A stretch of 47,018 nucleotides of DNA, taken from Eremomyces bilateralis CBS 781.70. Taxonomy: Eukaryota. The notes under the pieces were generated by a model. That model saw nothing but the letters and a program-made list of their open reading frames with translations. It was not told the origin of the DNA and did no database searches. The stretch lies in NCBI GenBank assembly GCA_010015585.1, contig ML975162.1. One strand, written 5' to 3'. Position numbers and translations under genes: made by a program. This document shows positions 11,676 to 24,882 of the stretch, one piece after another (the first letter of the stretch is position 1; each line of letters begins with the position of its first letter).

Positions 11676-12611
11676 GGCGTTTGATAGCGAAGGACGGAAT
11701 TCAAAGCCGATGAAACGACGTGATGCCAATCTTCATGCTTCGGAGGTAATGCTACCATGGTGGGATTTGAGGAATTCAATTTGATTATTGCATCAACAAT
11801 GCCAAGTATCGTCGGCTTGCCATACCACGAGCTGAAAATAGAAAGTTGAACATCCCATGTCAGTATTGATTTCATAGCGCTGTCCAGGGTCTCCTGAACA
11901 GATTCTAAAATTAGCACCCACGACTCCACGAGCTGCACCATATTTAAGGCTAGGAATTCAAGCTCTCCGAACTCCCAAGCAGTCACCACAACAGTGAAAA
12001 GCTTCAAAGTCACGTGGTTTCCTTTCGCAAACCCCTATCTAGCCAATCAGAGGGCAAAGAAGAATTGATTCGACCATTTAAGTAACTCGCTACGCTCGTG
12101 ATCATCCATCTACAACAGCAAAGATCCTTCCAATCATCGCTTCTGTATCTCCCTGCACTGCTTAGCAGACGCTTACAATGCAAGATGGTGGAGGAGGCTA
12201 GTCCAGACCGGACCTAAGCCTTGATAGTGGCTGGCAGCCTGGCCCAGCTAACAACGCGCTATGAACAATGAAAGTACTCCGTACGCCAGGGTGCCAATCC
12301 TAGTGGTATTGGTGCCGTATTTGAGCCTCCTTTTGAATTTTAATCTGACAATCCTCCCGTAGATCGTTCGGTTATTCCGTCGTTATGATGTAAATGGAAC
12401 CCATGCGGTGGCTGGTCTTACTTATTCTTCGAGTCCTGCAGTGCTGTTCGTGCCGATTGATTTGACCCGTCACCTGTTGGTCTGTTTACGGTGCTGGGCT
12501 ACCACTCCATCAATTGAGGTGCCTTATTGTTTTACAAGCTCGAGAGAATAGTCTGACCGTGTAGCCTTTGTCGCGTATAGCAGTTGGACTTCGGGAAACC
12601 ATTTTGTCACG

Positions 12612-13600
12612 ATGCCGCCGAGATATAGGCACGACAATACGCCATGGATGAAGCGCATCTTGATCCCGTTCTGGGTGGTCAGGAATCTCTTCATGATCAT
12701 CATGATCGGGATCTATGCGGTCGCCCTTGGAGTCGTGGACCATTATACACAGACCAGGAGCTCCAACATTGCGTGAGTCTAGCTCTAGAAACATCGAACG
12801 GCATGAGAATCAACCTAACATTGGAACAGCGTGCTTTCAATCCCTCTGGTCCTATGCGCAATTTGCGTAGTCCTCGATATCACCTCGATCGTGCTCTTCG
12901 CGAAGCGAATGCTAAGCCCAAGGGTCTTCCTTGTCTTCAGCGTTATCCAGACTCTGATCTGGCTCGGCGGCTTCATTCTTGACATCGTCGCTATTTCTCA
13001 TGGCATCCCTGGTGGCGCCATTGCCTTGAGTGTCCTTGTTTTGTAAGACTCCCCTGGGCTCATCCTTTTTGAACCGGCCTTTTCACATACTAACCCTGCC
13101 TTTCTAGCCTCGCCTACGCCGGCACCCTCATCTACGCCTCCATCGTCTTCCACCGCTACCGGAAAGCCGGCGGCCGCGGCGCCTACACCTCCGCCGCCAA
13201 CCCCACCAACGTCCAATACCAAGGTACCGGCCACGCACCCCAACAGGCCGTCTACGAAATGAAACCACAACAACAAATCTACCAACAGCCGCAGTACGGC
13301 GCCGGATCGGAGTACTACGCCCAGCACATGCCGCAGCAGATACCGCAGGGGATGCCCCAGCCATACCAGGACTACTCGCAGCAGCAGAGGGGGATGCCGC
13401 CGCAGGGGAACCTGACGCCGATGGTGACAAACCTGTTTGGAGACGCCCACTCGGGGTTGAACCCCGCGGGCACGCCGCGGCTGGAGATCTCGAGCCCAAC
13501 GATGGTGGAGTTGGAGTCGGGGCAGTCGAAGGTGCCACAGGGGGCGGTTCCACCGTATGTGTTGCAGGCGCCGGCGCAAGAATTGGCGGCGACAAAGTGA
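12612..13600 (+). CDS. Hypothetical 4-TM (MARVEL-like) membrane protein with Gln/Pro/Tyr-rich C-terminal tail (3 exons)
   Basis: Introns 12773-12829 and 13043-13107 give MPPRYRHDNTPWMKRILIPFWVVRNLFMIIMIGIYAVALG...VLSIPLVLCAICVVLDITSIVLFAKRMLSP...FLAYAGTLIYASIVFHRYRK...QQIYQQPQYG...ELAATK*. Confidence 0.75.
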
Positions 13601-13845
13601 TGTTAGGCTGGGAGGTCGCTAAGTTTGGTGCATGGTGCATGATATGGCGTACTAATTTACTATATATATCCGTGGCTATCGGTTCTAGGCAGGGGAGATC
13701 ATATACCATTAGATGCCGGGAGATCTGACATATCTAGAGGGACTTGGATTGCTCATCATTCACTGTAGTTCTCGTTAGGGCATTGCGACATAGATAGTTG
13801 ACTAATATACCCGTTGGTTTATGTTGTCTGCCTCTCTGAAGTCTC

Positions 13846-16037
13846 CTACTTAGTCCCCCTCCTGACTCCCTCCCCGTTCTCATTCAAGCTCAAGTTTTCC
13901 GTCGCCCGGGACATCAGCGTCTCCTGACTCTTCTGCTCCGCCTTCCTTTCTATATCCCTCGCCTCCTCTTCCGCGATCTCGTCAACAGGTTTACTCTGCT
14001 TCTCCTTCTCTTGCCTCTCCGCTTCCTCCCGCGCCCGAACCTCCTGGAGCTCCTTCTCCTCGCGCTCCGTCTCGGCCACTGAGATATCTTCAAACCCGAC
14101 CCGTTGAAGGATCTTCCCCGTTAAGTACCGGTAGGCAGTGTGGCCCGAAACCATCTCGCTGACGTCGACGTTCTCGACGCCTTTCACGCCTTGGATCGCT
14201 TGCAAGCCGGCGATGCCGAATTGGATAGAGCTGCTCCTGTAGAGGAAAGCAAGGGTGTAGTCATTGTCCGAGTAGACGTTGATCAGCCTACCAGCGACCA
14301 CGGCCCTCATTTTTCTCCAATCTGCAGAGTCACTGGGCGTAGGTGCTCCCAGCAAGACAACAGACTCGACCAACCCAAACGCCTTCCTTTCGGCGAGGGC
14401 TATCAAGCATTTGAATATCACCCTAGCGCCCAAAGAGTATCCAATGAGCGTCACGGGACGCTCTCCCTGCGCGTGGTTGACCAGCGCATCAGCCAGCACT
14501 TCGCCAGCCTTCTCGCTACGCGCCTTGGCGATGCTAAACGGGTTGTCGATAACGCGAGACACCTTCAACAGGTTCAGCGGCCACAACCCAGCGTACAAGG
14601 TCGCGAAGACGGTGCGCTTGATGATTTCTCGCCTGGCATATGACCAGGCATAGCTCTTCACCATGATGCTCATGCTGTTCCCGAGCTTCAGCAACGGTTC
14701 CAGCTCCCAGCGGAGCGCGAACCCTTCGATGCTCGGACTGAGCACTCGCCATGGTTCGATTATCTCGTCTTGGTCGGTGAGCCAGCCGGAGATGCCGATG
14801 GCGACTCGTAGTCGTCGGTTGTCTTTCTCGGTATCCGCGGTCTTGCCGGTATCCGCGGTCTTGTTGGATTGCCATATGGGGAGGAAGCCGAAGTCCTCTA
14901 CTTCTTTCGCATACTCGTCCATCATCTGACCGGTCATTCGGCCACCATATGCCCCGAAGAGTCCGCCGACGAGGACGGAAGAGCCGGCGAGTGCGCCAAG
15001 GTAGCCGGCTGCAGCGGTGGCGCCGAGGCCGAGGCCGCCCATAACGGTGCCAATACCGGCTGCCAGGAGAGGCGCCGCAAGACCGCCTATACAGAGACGA
15101 TTAGCGGAAAACAGGAGAAGGAGCATCAACAGGGGGAAATACCTGTCACTCCGATGAGCGCCGCACCAGCCACGCTTGCCAATCCGACCTTCCAATGCCG
15201 AGTTTCCTTATTCTCTTCCTTCTTTTTCTTCATCTCCCCGTCCGCATTCATCTCCTGCAGTGCCGCAGTGAGCAAGGCCCTGGCCGTCTTCCCTTCATCC
15301 TCCGCCAGTAAATCCATGTCGAGTTTTAGGCTCGTCGTTAAACGTAGCAATAGGATCCTTGAATACGAAACGTAATGCTCCAAGCTCAGCAGAAGCAGTA
15401 ATATCGAGTGCAGAACGAGTGCCCGCTTCTCCTCCGGTAGCTCCGAAAGCGGCGTCGGTGTTTGCGGATAGAGTTTCACCATCGTCTCATTCACGCCCAC
15501 GTCCATCTCCATCGGAACCCATGGCTTACCGCCTGCCACAGTCTGTGACGACAACCTTGACTGTGTATGCGACTCGCCCTTCGTATCCACTCTCTTCACC
15601 TCCTTCTGCTCTTTTACCTCCTCCTGTAAATCGACCGCCTCGCCTACTCGCTGAAAAACTTTATCCCGCCATGCGTCGAAGTCCGCCAATGCTGCTTCCT
15701 TCAGCTCCATCGTCTTGGGCTCGTATAACTCCGCGGCGCGTCTCTCGTGCTCCTTCACGGCATCAAGAGCATTGACGCCATCCTCGCTAATGTCGGTGTC
15801 AGGGTTATGCAACGCATCATCGTTATCAGGCTGATGAGCGGTGTCTAGAGGCTCCGTGTCTGTAAATGTGTCGGTGATACGGTGTCGCATTGACTCCGCG
15901 CATGTTGCGATGAGTAGGGTAAGCTGGCTGCGTTCATTGGAAGTGCTTAGGATGGTGGTGAGTGATTCATCGGAGTCGGAGGACGGCTGGGAAGAGTCGT
16001 TGGAGTCCTTATTGGTCCAAGGGAGCTTGGAGAACAT
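13846..16037 (-). CDS. DUF726 / TMCO4-like alpha/beta-hydrolase-fold protein (2 exons)
   Basis: Intron 15087-15142 joins the two ORFs. Shows the Gly-rich hydrophobic segment GVTGGLAAPLLAAG, IDNPFSIAKARS and nucleophile elbow GERPVTLIGYSLGARVI. Confidence 0.9.
14829..14863. repeat. 18-bp-period perfect tandem duplication inside the DUF726 CDS (KTADT x2)
   Basis: CGGTATCCGCGGTCTTG at 14829-14845 and 14847-14863. Confidence 0.9.
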
Positions 16038-16757
16038 CGTGGGTATGGACGGTAGTTCTCCCTGCGGTTGGCTCCACGCCTTGCGAGTCCCTGGGCGCTA
16101 TTGCGAGCGGGGGGCCAATGGAAATGAATACGAGCTGAGCAGGTTCAGCAGATGTTAGCTTACTAGAAGTTGAACTAAGTTAGGCGTTTGAGTTTCAGTA
16201 TTGAAGCATCAGAAGTCTAGGTACGGAGCACTGGATGTCTTTGATGTCCACAGGACGCACTACGTCATCGTCTCGTTTTCTGCCTGACAATGAATACGTG
16301 CCTGAGGCACCTAACATCACTTACGCGCAGCGCATATCCGGCTGGCATAGAAGTTCACAAGGTGCAGTATCCTTCTCTGGGAAAAGAGTCGGCAATGCTC
16401 TCTCTAATAATTGGCTTCTCATGTCTATATATCGCATGGCCTTTATGAATCTCAGTACGTGTCGCCCGAAAGACTGCGATGTGACTTACTGCTCCATACT
16501 GAATACACATGAGGCATTGTCGCCCGATGCGAAGTTGGTATCAAGTCAGTCCCCAAAGCGTGTAAGCCAACTGCATGTACAGGCTCCTCACGCTCGCGAC
16601 TGGCGATGCACCATCCATACTCCAGAACCCGCCCGTACGCCCCCAGGAATTGCTTATGATGCCGTTATCTGGGAGTGACCCCCAGCCAGCATCGAAGGCT
16701 GCTCGCCGGAGCAGCGAGGGTATCCTACAACAATCCGTAGCTTAGAAACAGAGCGGT

Positions 16758-18636
16758 TCACCTAAAGTCAATCACAGCAATCTGTAATATGTTAGTCAGA
16801 CGGTTTGCAGGGACATGCTTGACAAACTCTTACCTGGTGTCCCAAGGTATAAGCAATCTTTTTTCCGTCCACGTCCCAACACAAACTACTCTGCGCTTCA
16901 TCCACTTCGGTGCTGCCATTCGACTCCGTGGCCCAGGCCCTGTCTCCTTGAGGCCACTTCCAGATCGCCTTCGGCAGGCCGCCCGCTTCTGGATTCCATA
17001 CGAGAAGGGCTTCCTGACCCGCTGCGGCAAGAAGAAATCCATCTGGGGAAAACGCCATAGAGTAGGCTGGAAACCCGCCCATGAAGAATCGATGTATGAC
17101 TTCGAATGGAGCCCTAGCATTCATGACCTCGACAATACCGGTTGAGGATGCCGTGGCAAGCAGTCTTGGTGATGTAGCTGTAACTAACGAAGGATTCGGG
17201 ATCGGTTGGAACTCGGCGATCGTGATTTGGTCTTCTTGGGTGTTGTGAACAACCAGGTTTTTGCCTTCAGAAACAATCCCTAGGTGCCTGCCGCCTTCAG
17301 ATACGCATGCCAATAATTCGCAGATCGGATCGAATTTTAGCGATTCCCATGCGATGTCGGTGCTGATTTCCATTTGCACAGCAGGATCCGAGGTCGTGTC
17401 ATAGAATGCGATGAATCCCTCTCCGCAAACAGCAAACTTGGTATCTGATAGCCATACTGCGTCCATAACCGTCGTTGGCGAGTGAACCATCCAGCGAGGA
17501 TCGGCATTTTGTGTGTCCCATATTCGGATCGCGCCGGAGACATCGCTTGTTGACACGACGAGCAATTGCTGGCACTTTTCGTTCCAGCGCAGCGCCATGA
17601 CGGTGCCCACCGATGGTGATATCAGATTGACTTCCTGGGATGCTTGATCGAGATGGAATAGCTTCCCTACGACCATTGTAGCACCGAGTTCTTCATTCCC
17701 GGTAATGAACGCATCTCCTGCTTGGGTCCAGCATACGTTCTCGATCTGAAATGGTGCGGGTGAAACTGGTTGCTCAAGGGATATTGAGCAGGTTGACGGA
17801 GCCGAGTCTGGAAGTTTTCCATCCATCACGTAATATCGAATAGAGTTCTCGACAGCAGCGGTGAGCAACTTCGGTTCCACCAAGCTCCAACTGGTCTGCA
17901 TGAATGGAGTGTCCTCACCATTCGCCCCGGTCGAGTCGGCGCTATTCGAATAGAGAAACGTTGTTGTTTGCGTCAAATCAACTGGCTTGTCGCTTTGAAG
18001 GGCAACGCTGTCGCCGACTTCCATCGTCGATGGCACCTGTTCAGCCGCGGGAGACTCTCTCTCCGGACCACTATATTCTCGAACACCGTTCGTATCGATT
18101 TCCATCGCATCGCCATTGCTGCGACGGTCGGTACCATAACTTCTCTTTCCCTTCCCTGGGACTTGCGACAAGTCGGCAGCGAGGCCATTTGTTTCGGAGT
18201 CGCCCCGCTGCGCGGTTCTGGATTTTCTCTGCTCTAGACTTTCGCTTCCGCTTCGACTGCTTGTCCGCACTGCAAATCGCGGTCCGTGGTCTTCGCCAAA
18301 GATGTATCGTCTTTCGGTCTTGCCAACAGTTAGTCCTATACCAGAATCGGAAACTAAGGATGGCGATACCTTTTGGACCTTTGCCTTGAGATGATCAAGC
18401 CATAACCCATCTTGGACGAGGTTGATCAGGCAGTGCGACTTGATATTCGACGCGAACGGAAGGCTGTCGGGATGTTGGCACCATGCACGCGACAGCTGAA
18501 TGGCGGCACTATCATATCCTGGGTGGATGGTTAGCTCGACCCTTGATATCCCAAAGGATAAGAACAAACCGGATTCTTGGAGGTACCGCCAAACCAGATA
18601 GTTCATAACATTGGAGGATAGGATTTCGGCCGTCAT
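16758..18636 (-). CDS. SIF2: LisH/WD40 protein Sif2/TBL1-like (Set3C deacetylase complex subunit; 4 exons)
   Basis: N-terminal LisH motif (LSSNVMNYLVWRYLQESGY...SAAIQL; LINLVQDGL) followed by degenerate WD40 repeats. Introns 18519-18569, 18319-18369 and 16782-16833; last exon IAVIDFR* ends at 16758. Confidence 0.82.
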
Positions 18637-19490
18637 GTTGCATACTAGTTGATGTGGACGAAGTGGGAGATGAGGGGACCAGAAGGTCCTATAGGCGGGG
18701 CGCGTTCTTTCGGGAACACGGTGATTAGACAGGTGGTATTACAGAGATATGTGACAAAGACACGATATAACACGAAAGGGCACCATTATCGGATTCTCTA
18801 ATGGCGATCCTAACAATGTATAATTCTTGACATTCGCGAATCCAAGCGGATGGTCAAGGGACTGGCGTGCCAAGACGCTAACCCCAAGGGACCCGCAATA
18901 TGGCGCGAATGGCTGCTATCGTCCACCAGTCAAATACCTCCTATCCATGCTGTGTCTTGATATATTGATCCTCTTCAACCTCACCTCCTCTGGGTTCCCT
19001 TATGGTCATCCATAATTACCACATTGAAACATGTGGAAAGTGCAGGTGTGGGAACATATGGTAGGGATGGCTCTTCAGAGCCCTCCTGCTGTCTCTGTCT
19101 ATGGGACAAACGTCTGGTAGGCTGATTTCGTTTGCGACTGCCAAACAAGATTGAGTTTGACCTCAACTGCTCCCGTCTCTTCCGCCGTATTGGTCTTTGA
19201 AGCAAGTTGTGAAACTAAATTGCCGTTCAAACACCAGAATACCTTAATATATTCTGCATGGTTCCTCGAGTATTGAACATCCTGAGTCTGCTTCAGTCCT
19301 CGTGAATGGTTTCAATGCTGCGAACCCACCCTGTTATGAAGTCAGCTTTCAGTTTATTGCGGTCCGTAATATATGATTAGTCGTCGTTGTCGTTGTCATC
19401 TTCCTTCACCTTACTTGCAGCCTGATGGTTCACGCTCCTCTGCTTCCTCTGTTCACCTAAAATTCATGGTGGATTCCTGCATTCATCATC

Positions 19491-21501
19491 ATGGATATCG
19501 ACAGGAACACGTTCAAAGGGAATCTCCTTCCCATCCTCGAAAGGGTGGCGGACTCTCCCTTTGTCAGCATCGATTGTGAGATGTCTGGCGTGGTGACGAA
19601 AGCCAAAGGGGTGGAGCGACAGCCACTTCAACAGACGCTTCAACAACGCTACGCCGAGGTCAAAGAAGCAGCGGAGAAGTATACCATTCTCCAGATCGGT
19701 CTTACATGCGTCACGGTGAGGGAATCAGATGAAGTCGACGAATCCGGACGATACATCCAGCGAGATCCGCAATACATATTGCACCCCTACAATTTCAACC
19801 TGAATCCCCTTCTCGAGGAGAAACTCGATATTGAAAGGATCTTTTCCTTTCAAAGTGGTGCAGTGGACTTCCTAATGCGCCACGGCTTCCAAATGGATCG
19901 GCCCTTTACCCACGGGGTCCCGTATCTTTCACGAGCTGAGGCAAGGGATGCCAAACGAGTTGCAGCGGAACTTCTCAACAAGTCTGGACTTGAGGATCTA
20001 CAGCTTGGTCCGGAACATGTGGACGCTCTGGGGTTTGTGGCGAAAACTCGAGCGGAGATCATCGAATGGGGTCGTATCAAATTCAATTCAGACCTGCACG
20101 TCTTTTCCCGACATTGTGCGTCGAATTTTAAAGGCATAAACCCGGAATTGACTCGCTTCGAGCAGCGGTTGGTTCATCAGCTCGTCCGAGCCGAATTTCC
20201 GGACTTGATCAGCATGGGAAAAAGTAGCAAGGTTGTCATCCGAGTCAAGGATGAAGTAAAGGAGAAACAGCGAGTGGCATCAAGACTTGCCGAAGCCGAT
20301 AGAGCGATCAAGCGACAGACGGGCTTCAGATGGATTGTCGATGCTCTCTCCGGACGATCGCTGGCAAATCTCACCATGGATCTTGTATCATACGATCCAC
20401 AAACTGGCGCTCGAAATGACTTCAATCAGCTTGTTTTTGGTTATCAATCCAGACTAGACCGAGTCCGGGACAGGACCCGCACGAGTCAGCCGGTGTTGGT
20501 TGGCCACAACATGTTCACGGACCTGGTCTATTTCTACAAGACCTTCGTCGGCCCACTCCCCGATACAGTTGAGGAGTTCGCGGCCAAGATCCACGAGCAC
20601 TTTCCTTTGATTGTTGACACGAAATACATGGCAACTCATAATTGCAGTGACATCAACCCAGCCTCGTCACTTGAGGAGATTGATGATAGCCTCATTGGCC
20701 AGAAGAAGCCGTTCGTAGGTATGTATACGGATATTTGTCCTGAAAGTGGGACAGATCCTTCTAAACATGACTGACGGAAGGATAGGATGGGCGAATGGGC
20801 ACGATATGTCGGATAAAACCCCTCACGAAGCCGGCTACGATAGTTACGTGACGGCGAGAATCATGATTCTCCTCTCGGCGAAGCTTGAAGCGGCAGGAAA
20901 ATATATCGACGGCAACACCCCCAATCCTCAAACTAGCTCTAGCCCCTTGCAAAGCGCACCGAGTACTCCAACCACAGAGTGCGGAGGGAGTGCGCTGGAC
21001 CCGACCTCAGCGAACTTCATCCCGGGTTCCCACTGCCATCGTAATGCTCATGCCGGCACCGAAGCCCCATTCATCTCGTTCACTCGTTCTCATCTTCAAC
21101 TAGACCCTCATGGCGAACGCCCAGATTCCGCGCCGGCCGCTTTCGTTCCAGGAAATGTACGCCTCGGTGATCCTGCGGAAGTGGTCCGCAGCCACGGAGT
21201 AGTATCGCGTCCCGCGTCTTCCGGGCACCAAGGGCCAGGCAAATCGCCTAGCTGGTTCGCGCGCGCAACCCCGTTCGATAACTTCGATCGTCTACAACTT
21301 CACGATACTTCGGACCCAACTAAACTGCTCCGACCGTCTCCTGTGGAGGCTCACGCCATACGACAGCTACAGGAGCCTAAGCAACTGCAAGGCTGGATGC
21401 CGCCGCTCGAATCCGACTTCTGGAGGGTCTACGGGAACAAGTTGCGGGTATTCGGGACGGTAGAGAAGGAGCTCAATCTCGCACCGGAGGGTAGCGCTTG
21501 A
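19491..21501 (+). CDS. CAF1-family DEDDh 3'-5' exoribonuclease (PARN/Triman-like; 2 exons)
   Basis: SIDCEMSG, YAEVKEAAEKYTILQIGL, FNLNP, GVPYLSR, R3H-like RLVHQLV, LVGHNMFTDL, IVDTKY and HEAGYDS. Intron 20719-20785. Confidence 0.9.
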
Positions 21502-22057
21502 TGGGTGTGATTCTGATGGATGAGTTCTGACTCCCAGCTATGAGCAAACGGGCTCCTAGGGCCGGTGGGCATTCCATTCTCAAATTGATATCATCTGCTT
21601 GGCGCAAGACAGGAAGACAGCTCCAAGCGCCTAGCATTAGGCTCTACGTATGCAGGAATAGGTTTAAAATTCAACATTTCACTCTCATCTTGATCTATTG
21701 CTTTGACTGTCTCTAAATGTATCCAGGTACACATCGCGTCTTGACAGTACCAAAGCAGTCCCTGGAGTCCAATCACCACGAGCTTGCTAGGGTCAAAAAG
21801 TGCTCTCCACGGAACTCGGAAACCATTTTAGTTTGTGCATATGGTGGAAGGATCTCGGATTCGTTTGTTGAAAATGCATTGTGCAGCAATCACGCCCTTT
21901 ACATCAAGTTCAGGAGGGAATACGAACTTCTTGCGGAACCTACGTGGATACCAAACCAATTTAGGCAATGCTAACCGACAGTATTTAAGTATTATGCACG
22001 GAGATATATGACTTCCAAAGTCCTCCCGACTTCAAAATCATCAATTAATCTCTCGCC

Positions 22058-22818
22058 ATGTCTACCACGGCAGAGCAAAATATCCCTAACCAAGCGGGCT
22101 CCACCCCAGCATCCGGAAGAGTTCCCGATTCCACTTCCTCCATCGCGCCCCGACCACTCAGGCTCTTGACAACCGATGAGCTCGCCGCTCAGCCGTCCAC
22201 TCTCCACCAAGTCGTCGAACTAATCACTGTTGCATATCGAGGGAATCGGATCTTTGGAGCTGATTCACGATTCGAGTCCGACACCGAGCTAATAGACGAA
22301 CTTTCCGAAACAGGCATCGGTGCGGCGCTTTTTGAGTCGCAGCATGCTGGGACAGAGAGGGCTGTTGCTGCGGCATTCGCGAAGCCGTATACTATCCAGG
22401 GGGCGCAAGATTGGGAGAGAAGGGATATGGAAAGTGAAACAGGGGGGAGCGAAAATGTACGTATTTAAGTGTCTCTCATGTATCCCAAAGGCCCGCATTC
22501 GGACCCCTTCTATTGACTTTGATATAGATAGAGCCACAGTTCCCAGTGTATGAACTTTTCGGCGTTGCGAGCATCAACCAGCCACATTGTCGGAAACAGG
22601 GCCTCGCCCAACAATGTCAGGACGCCCTGGCCGCGGCCTTAAAAGAACGGCTGGGCGTGGATTCGGTGAGATTTGTATTGAGAGTGGTCGAAGAACTTAA
22701 TGGAGCCTACTGGAGGAGAAGAGGATTCAAGCAAGTTGGAGAAGGAAGCATGAGGCCAAAAGGTCAATGGAATTCTGACCAAGATTTCCTGCTGATAATG
22801 ATGGGGAAGCTGGTATGA
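22058..22818 (+). CDS. GNAT-family N-acetyltransferase (2 exons)
   Basis: Intron from 22457 to 22527 (or 22539; both in frame). Acetyl-CoA motif A HCRKQGLAQQC and C-terminal NGAYWRRRGF. Confidence 0.75.
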
Positions 22819-22905
22819 TGCTACTCCCTAAGCCATGATGCCGGGATAAACGTGCCAGACGAGGTCGGAACATACTGAAGGGATTCAATACAGGGGGTAC
22901 ATGGG

Positions 22906-23997
22906 TCATGATCTCTTTCTTTTCTCTAGTTTCCACAGGTTGAACATGCGATAGAAGACACGCTCCTGTAAATAGTTAGATGAAGTCAGATTGCATGCGT
23001 TTGCGCTTCGGAAGACATACCATGGTGCCTCTAGGCAAATAATTCACTGCAAACCATACCAACCAGCTTCCACCTCCTTGCCAAATCTCATTTGGCGTCC
23101 ACCAAGACCGTGACACCACCTGTGCGACGACCGCTTTCGCGTACTTCTCGTTCGGAACCCCGTTGATCTGGCTGTGTATGACACGCCGCAAATATTCCGG
23201 TTCAATAGGCAGATATATTGAATCACGTCTCAAGACTCGCTCAGACCGGGCGAGGTTGGATTTGACCCCGCCGGTGACGATGGTTAGGACGCGGACGCCG
23301 AAGGGCTGTAGTTCAAGGCGGAGGGTGTCGCTGTAGGAGTGAAGGGCAGCTTTCGAGGCATTGTATGCGGCTAGGAGCGCAGACATCAGTATACGACCAA
23401 GGAGGCCAGCAAGTCAGCAAGGAAGAATCTGTCTGGACATACATCCGAACACATACGGCATCTTGCCTGCCAGAGAGCCAATCTGTACGATTGTCCCTTT
23501 CGTTTCGATGAGGAGGGGGGCAAACGCCTGCACCATGCGCATCACGCCGAAGACGTTCGCATCAAACATCTGCTTCACATCCTCCACATCCAAGTCCAGC
23601 GCCGGGACCGTATAATTGCTCCCCGCATTGTTCACAAGTATGTCGAGTCTCCCGTTCGTGATGCTCGAAATTTTCTCTTTGAGTTCGGCGACGCTCTCGG
23701 GTTTGGTGACTTCGAGAGGGAGGACGGTGATATTTGGTCGGTCGAGTCCGGTGGCTTTGGATGGGTCGCGGACAGTCGCCAGGACATTCAAGCCTGGGTT
23801 CGGTCAGTCGGTGGTCGTAGCATATTCTAGCATCGATCACACCTTTGGAAGCAAATTCGAGGGCCAGAGAATGCCCGATGCCGCCTGCGCTGGCTCTACA
23901 AGATCGTTAGAATTCGGTATCCTGAATTGACGGTTCGGTTTCAAACACGTTGAGAGCCATACCCTGTGATTAAGACGTATTGACCTTTGTTCGCCAT
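22906..23997 (-). CDS. AYR1: Short-chain dehydrogenase/reductase, Ayr1-like 1-acyl-DHAP reductase (5 exons)
   Basis: Introns 23896-23962, 23794-23842, 23371-23442 and 22966-23020. Rossmann motif VLITGASAGGIGHSLA, LDILVNNAG, catalytic YNASK and LRLELQPFGV. The last exon ERVFYRMFNLWKLEKRKRS* ends at 22906. Confidence 0.85.
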
Positions 23998-24882
23998 TGC
24001 GAGTTAGTACACCTACTGTCCTTCTTGCAACTGCGTTTAGCCAGACTTGACCCTTGCGCCGTAGATCTTCGCGATGTATGTTTGCGGGCTATGTTTTCCT
24101 TAAGAATAAAGTCGGCGATGACCTCATTGTTAGGAGGCTCCCATGCCCCGACTAAATTTGGTGATTACGGCAACAATACTTAGACGCATGCTGGTGATAT
24201 AAACATTAGTTGATCCGTATCCCCAGTTAATATAGCCTTCAATTTTGCTTAAGTCAGGCCGTGTGCTCGAACAGGGCGGGTCAGCACCTCCGCGAGAAAC
24301 GTACCGAGGGATAGGATCTGATGGCGGAGGATCGATGCCCACGCCCCCTGAGTCTCCTCGCCTTCGATTGCAATCCCAAACCATACATTCCAGCTAAAAT
24401 TGACGACGTTTGCTACTTATTCTTCGGGTTTCTTATTCGGATCTCTCACTTATAGTAACCCGTGCTTATACAACTGAGCCTGCTAGATGAGGTAGCTCTA
24501 ACAATCCGAACACGCAGGCGTAGACCTCAGGACTGTCAAGTCTGGATGTACTTGACAGCCACCTAAGTACCTGCACCTATATGAGCGGAATGAAACGTCG
24601 AAGAGCAGGATGAGCTGAATTACGATGCCTAAATTCACCTCACATTCGAAGGTGAAGCAGCCACTATGCAGACCAGAAGCTCCGGTTCGCTTCGAGCTGC
24701 AAGGCTGAAGGCGCCACGACGGGTCGAACGAGGCTCAGACGCGTCCACGTCCTTCTCAAGTCTTCGATTCTATTGACACTGTCATTATACAAGTCTGAAG
24801 TCTCGTCTACCGCATGTTTTGTCAAATCGAAATTCCTGTGACAAGTCAGAAAACATTCGCATCTTTTCTCTGTGTGATAGCC

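Noticed and set aside
11513..12013. 166-aa minus-strand ORF overlapping the TSR1 3' end
   Set aside because: GTG start, no motifs, and it spans the TSR1 stop and 3' UTR.
16235..16678. 147-aa + strand ORF between the DUF726 gene and SIF2
   Set aside because: No recognisable domain; it lies antisense in the likely SIF2 3' UTR and DUF726 promoter.
24130..24400. GC-richer patch upstream of AYR1 as a possible ncRNA or small gene
   Set aside because: No tRNA cloverleaf, no convincing C/D or H/ACA boxes and no credible reading frame.
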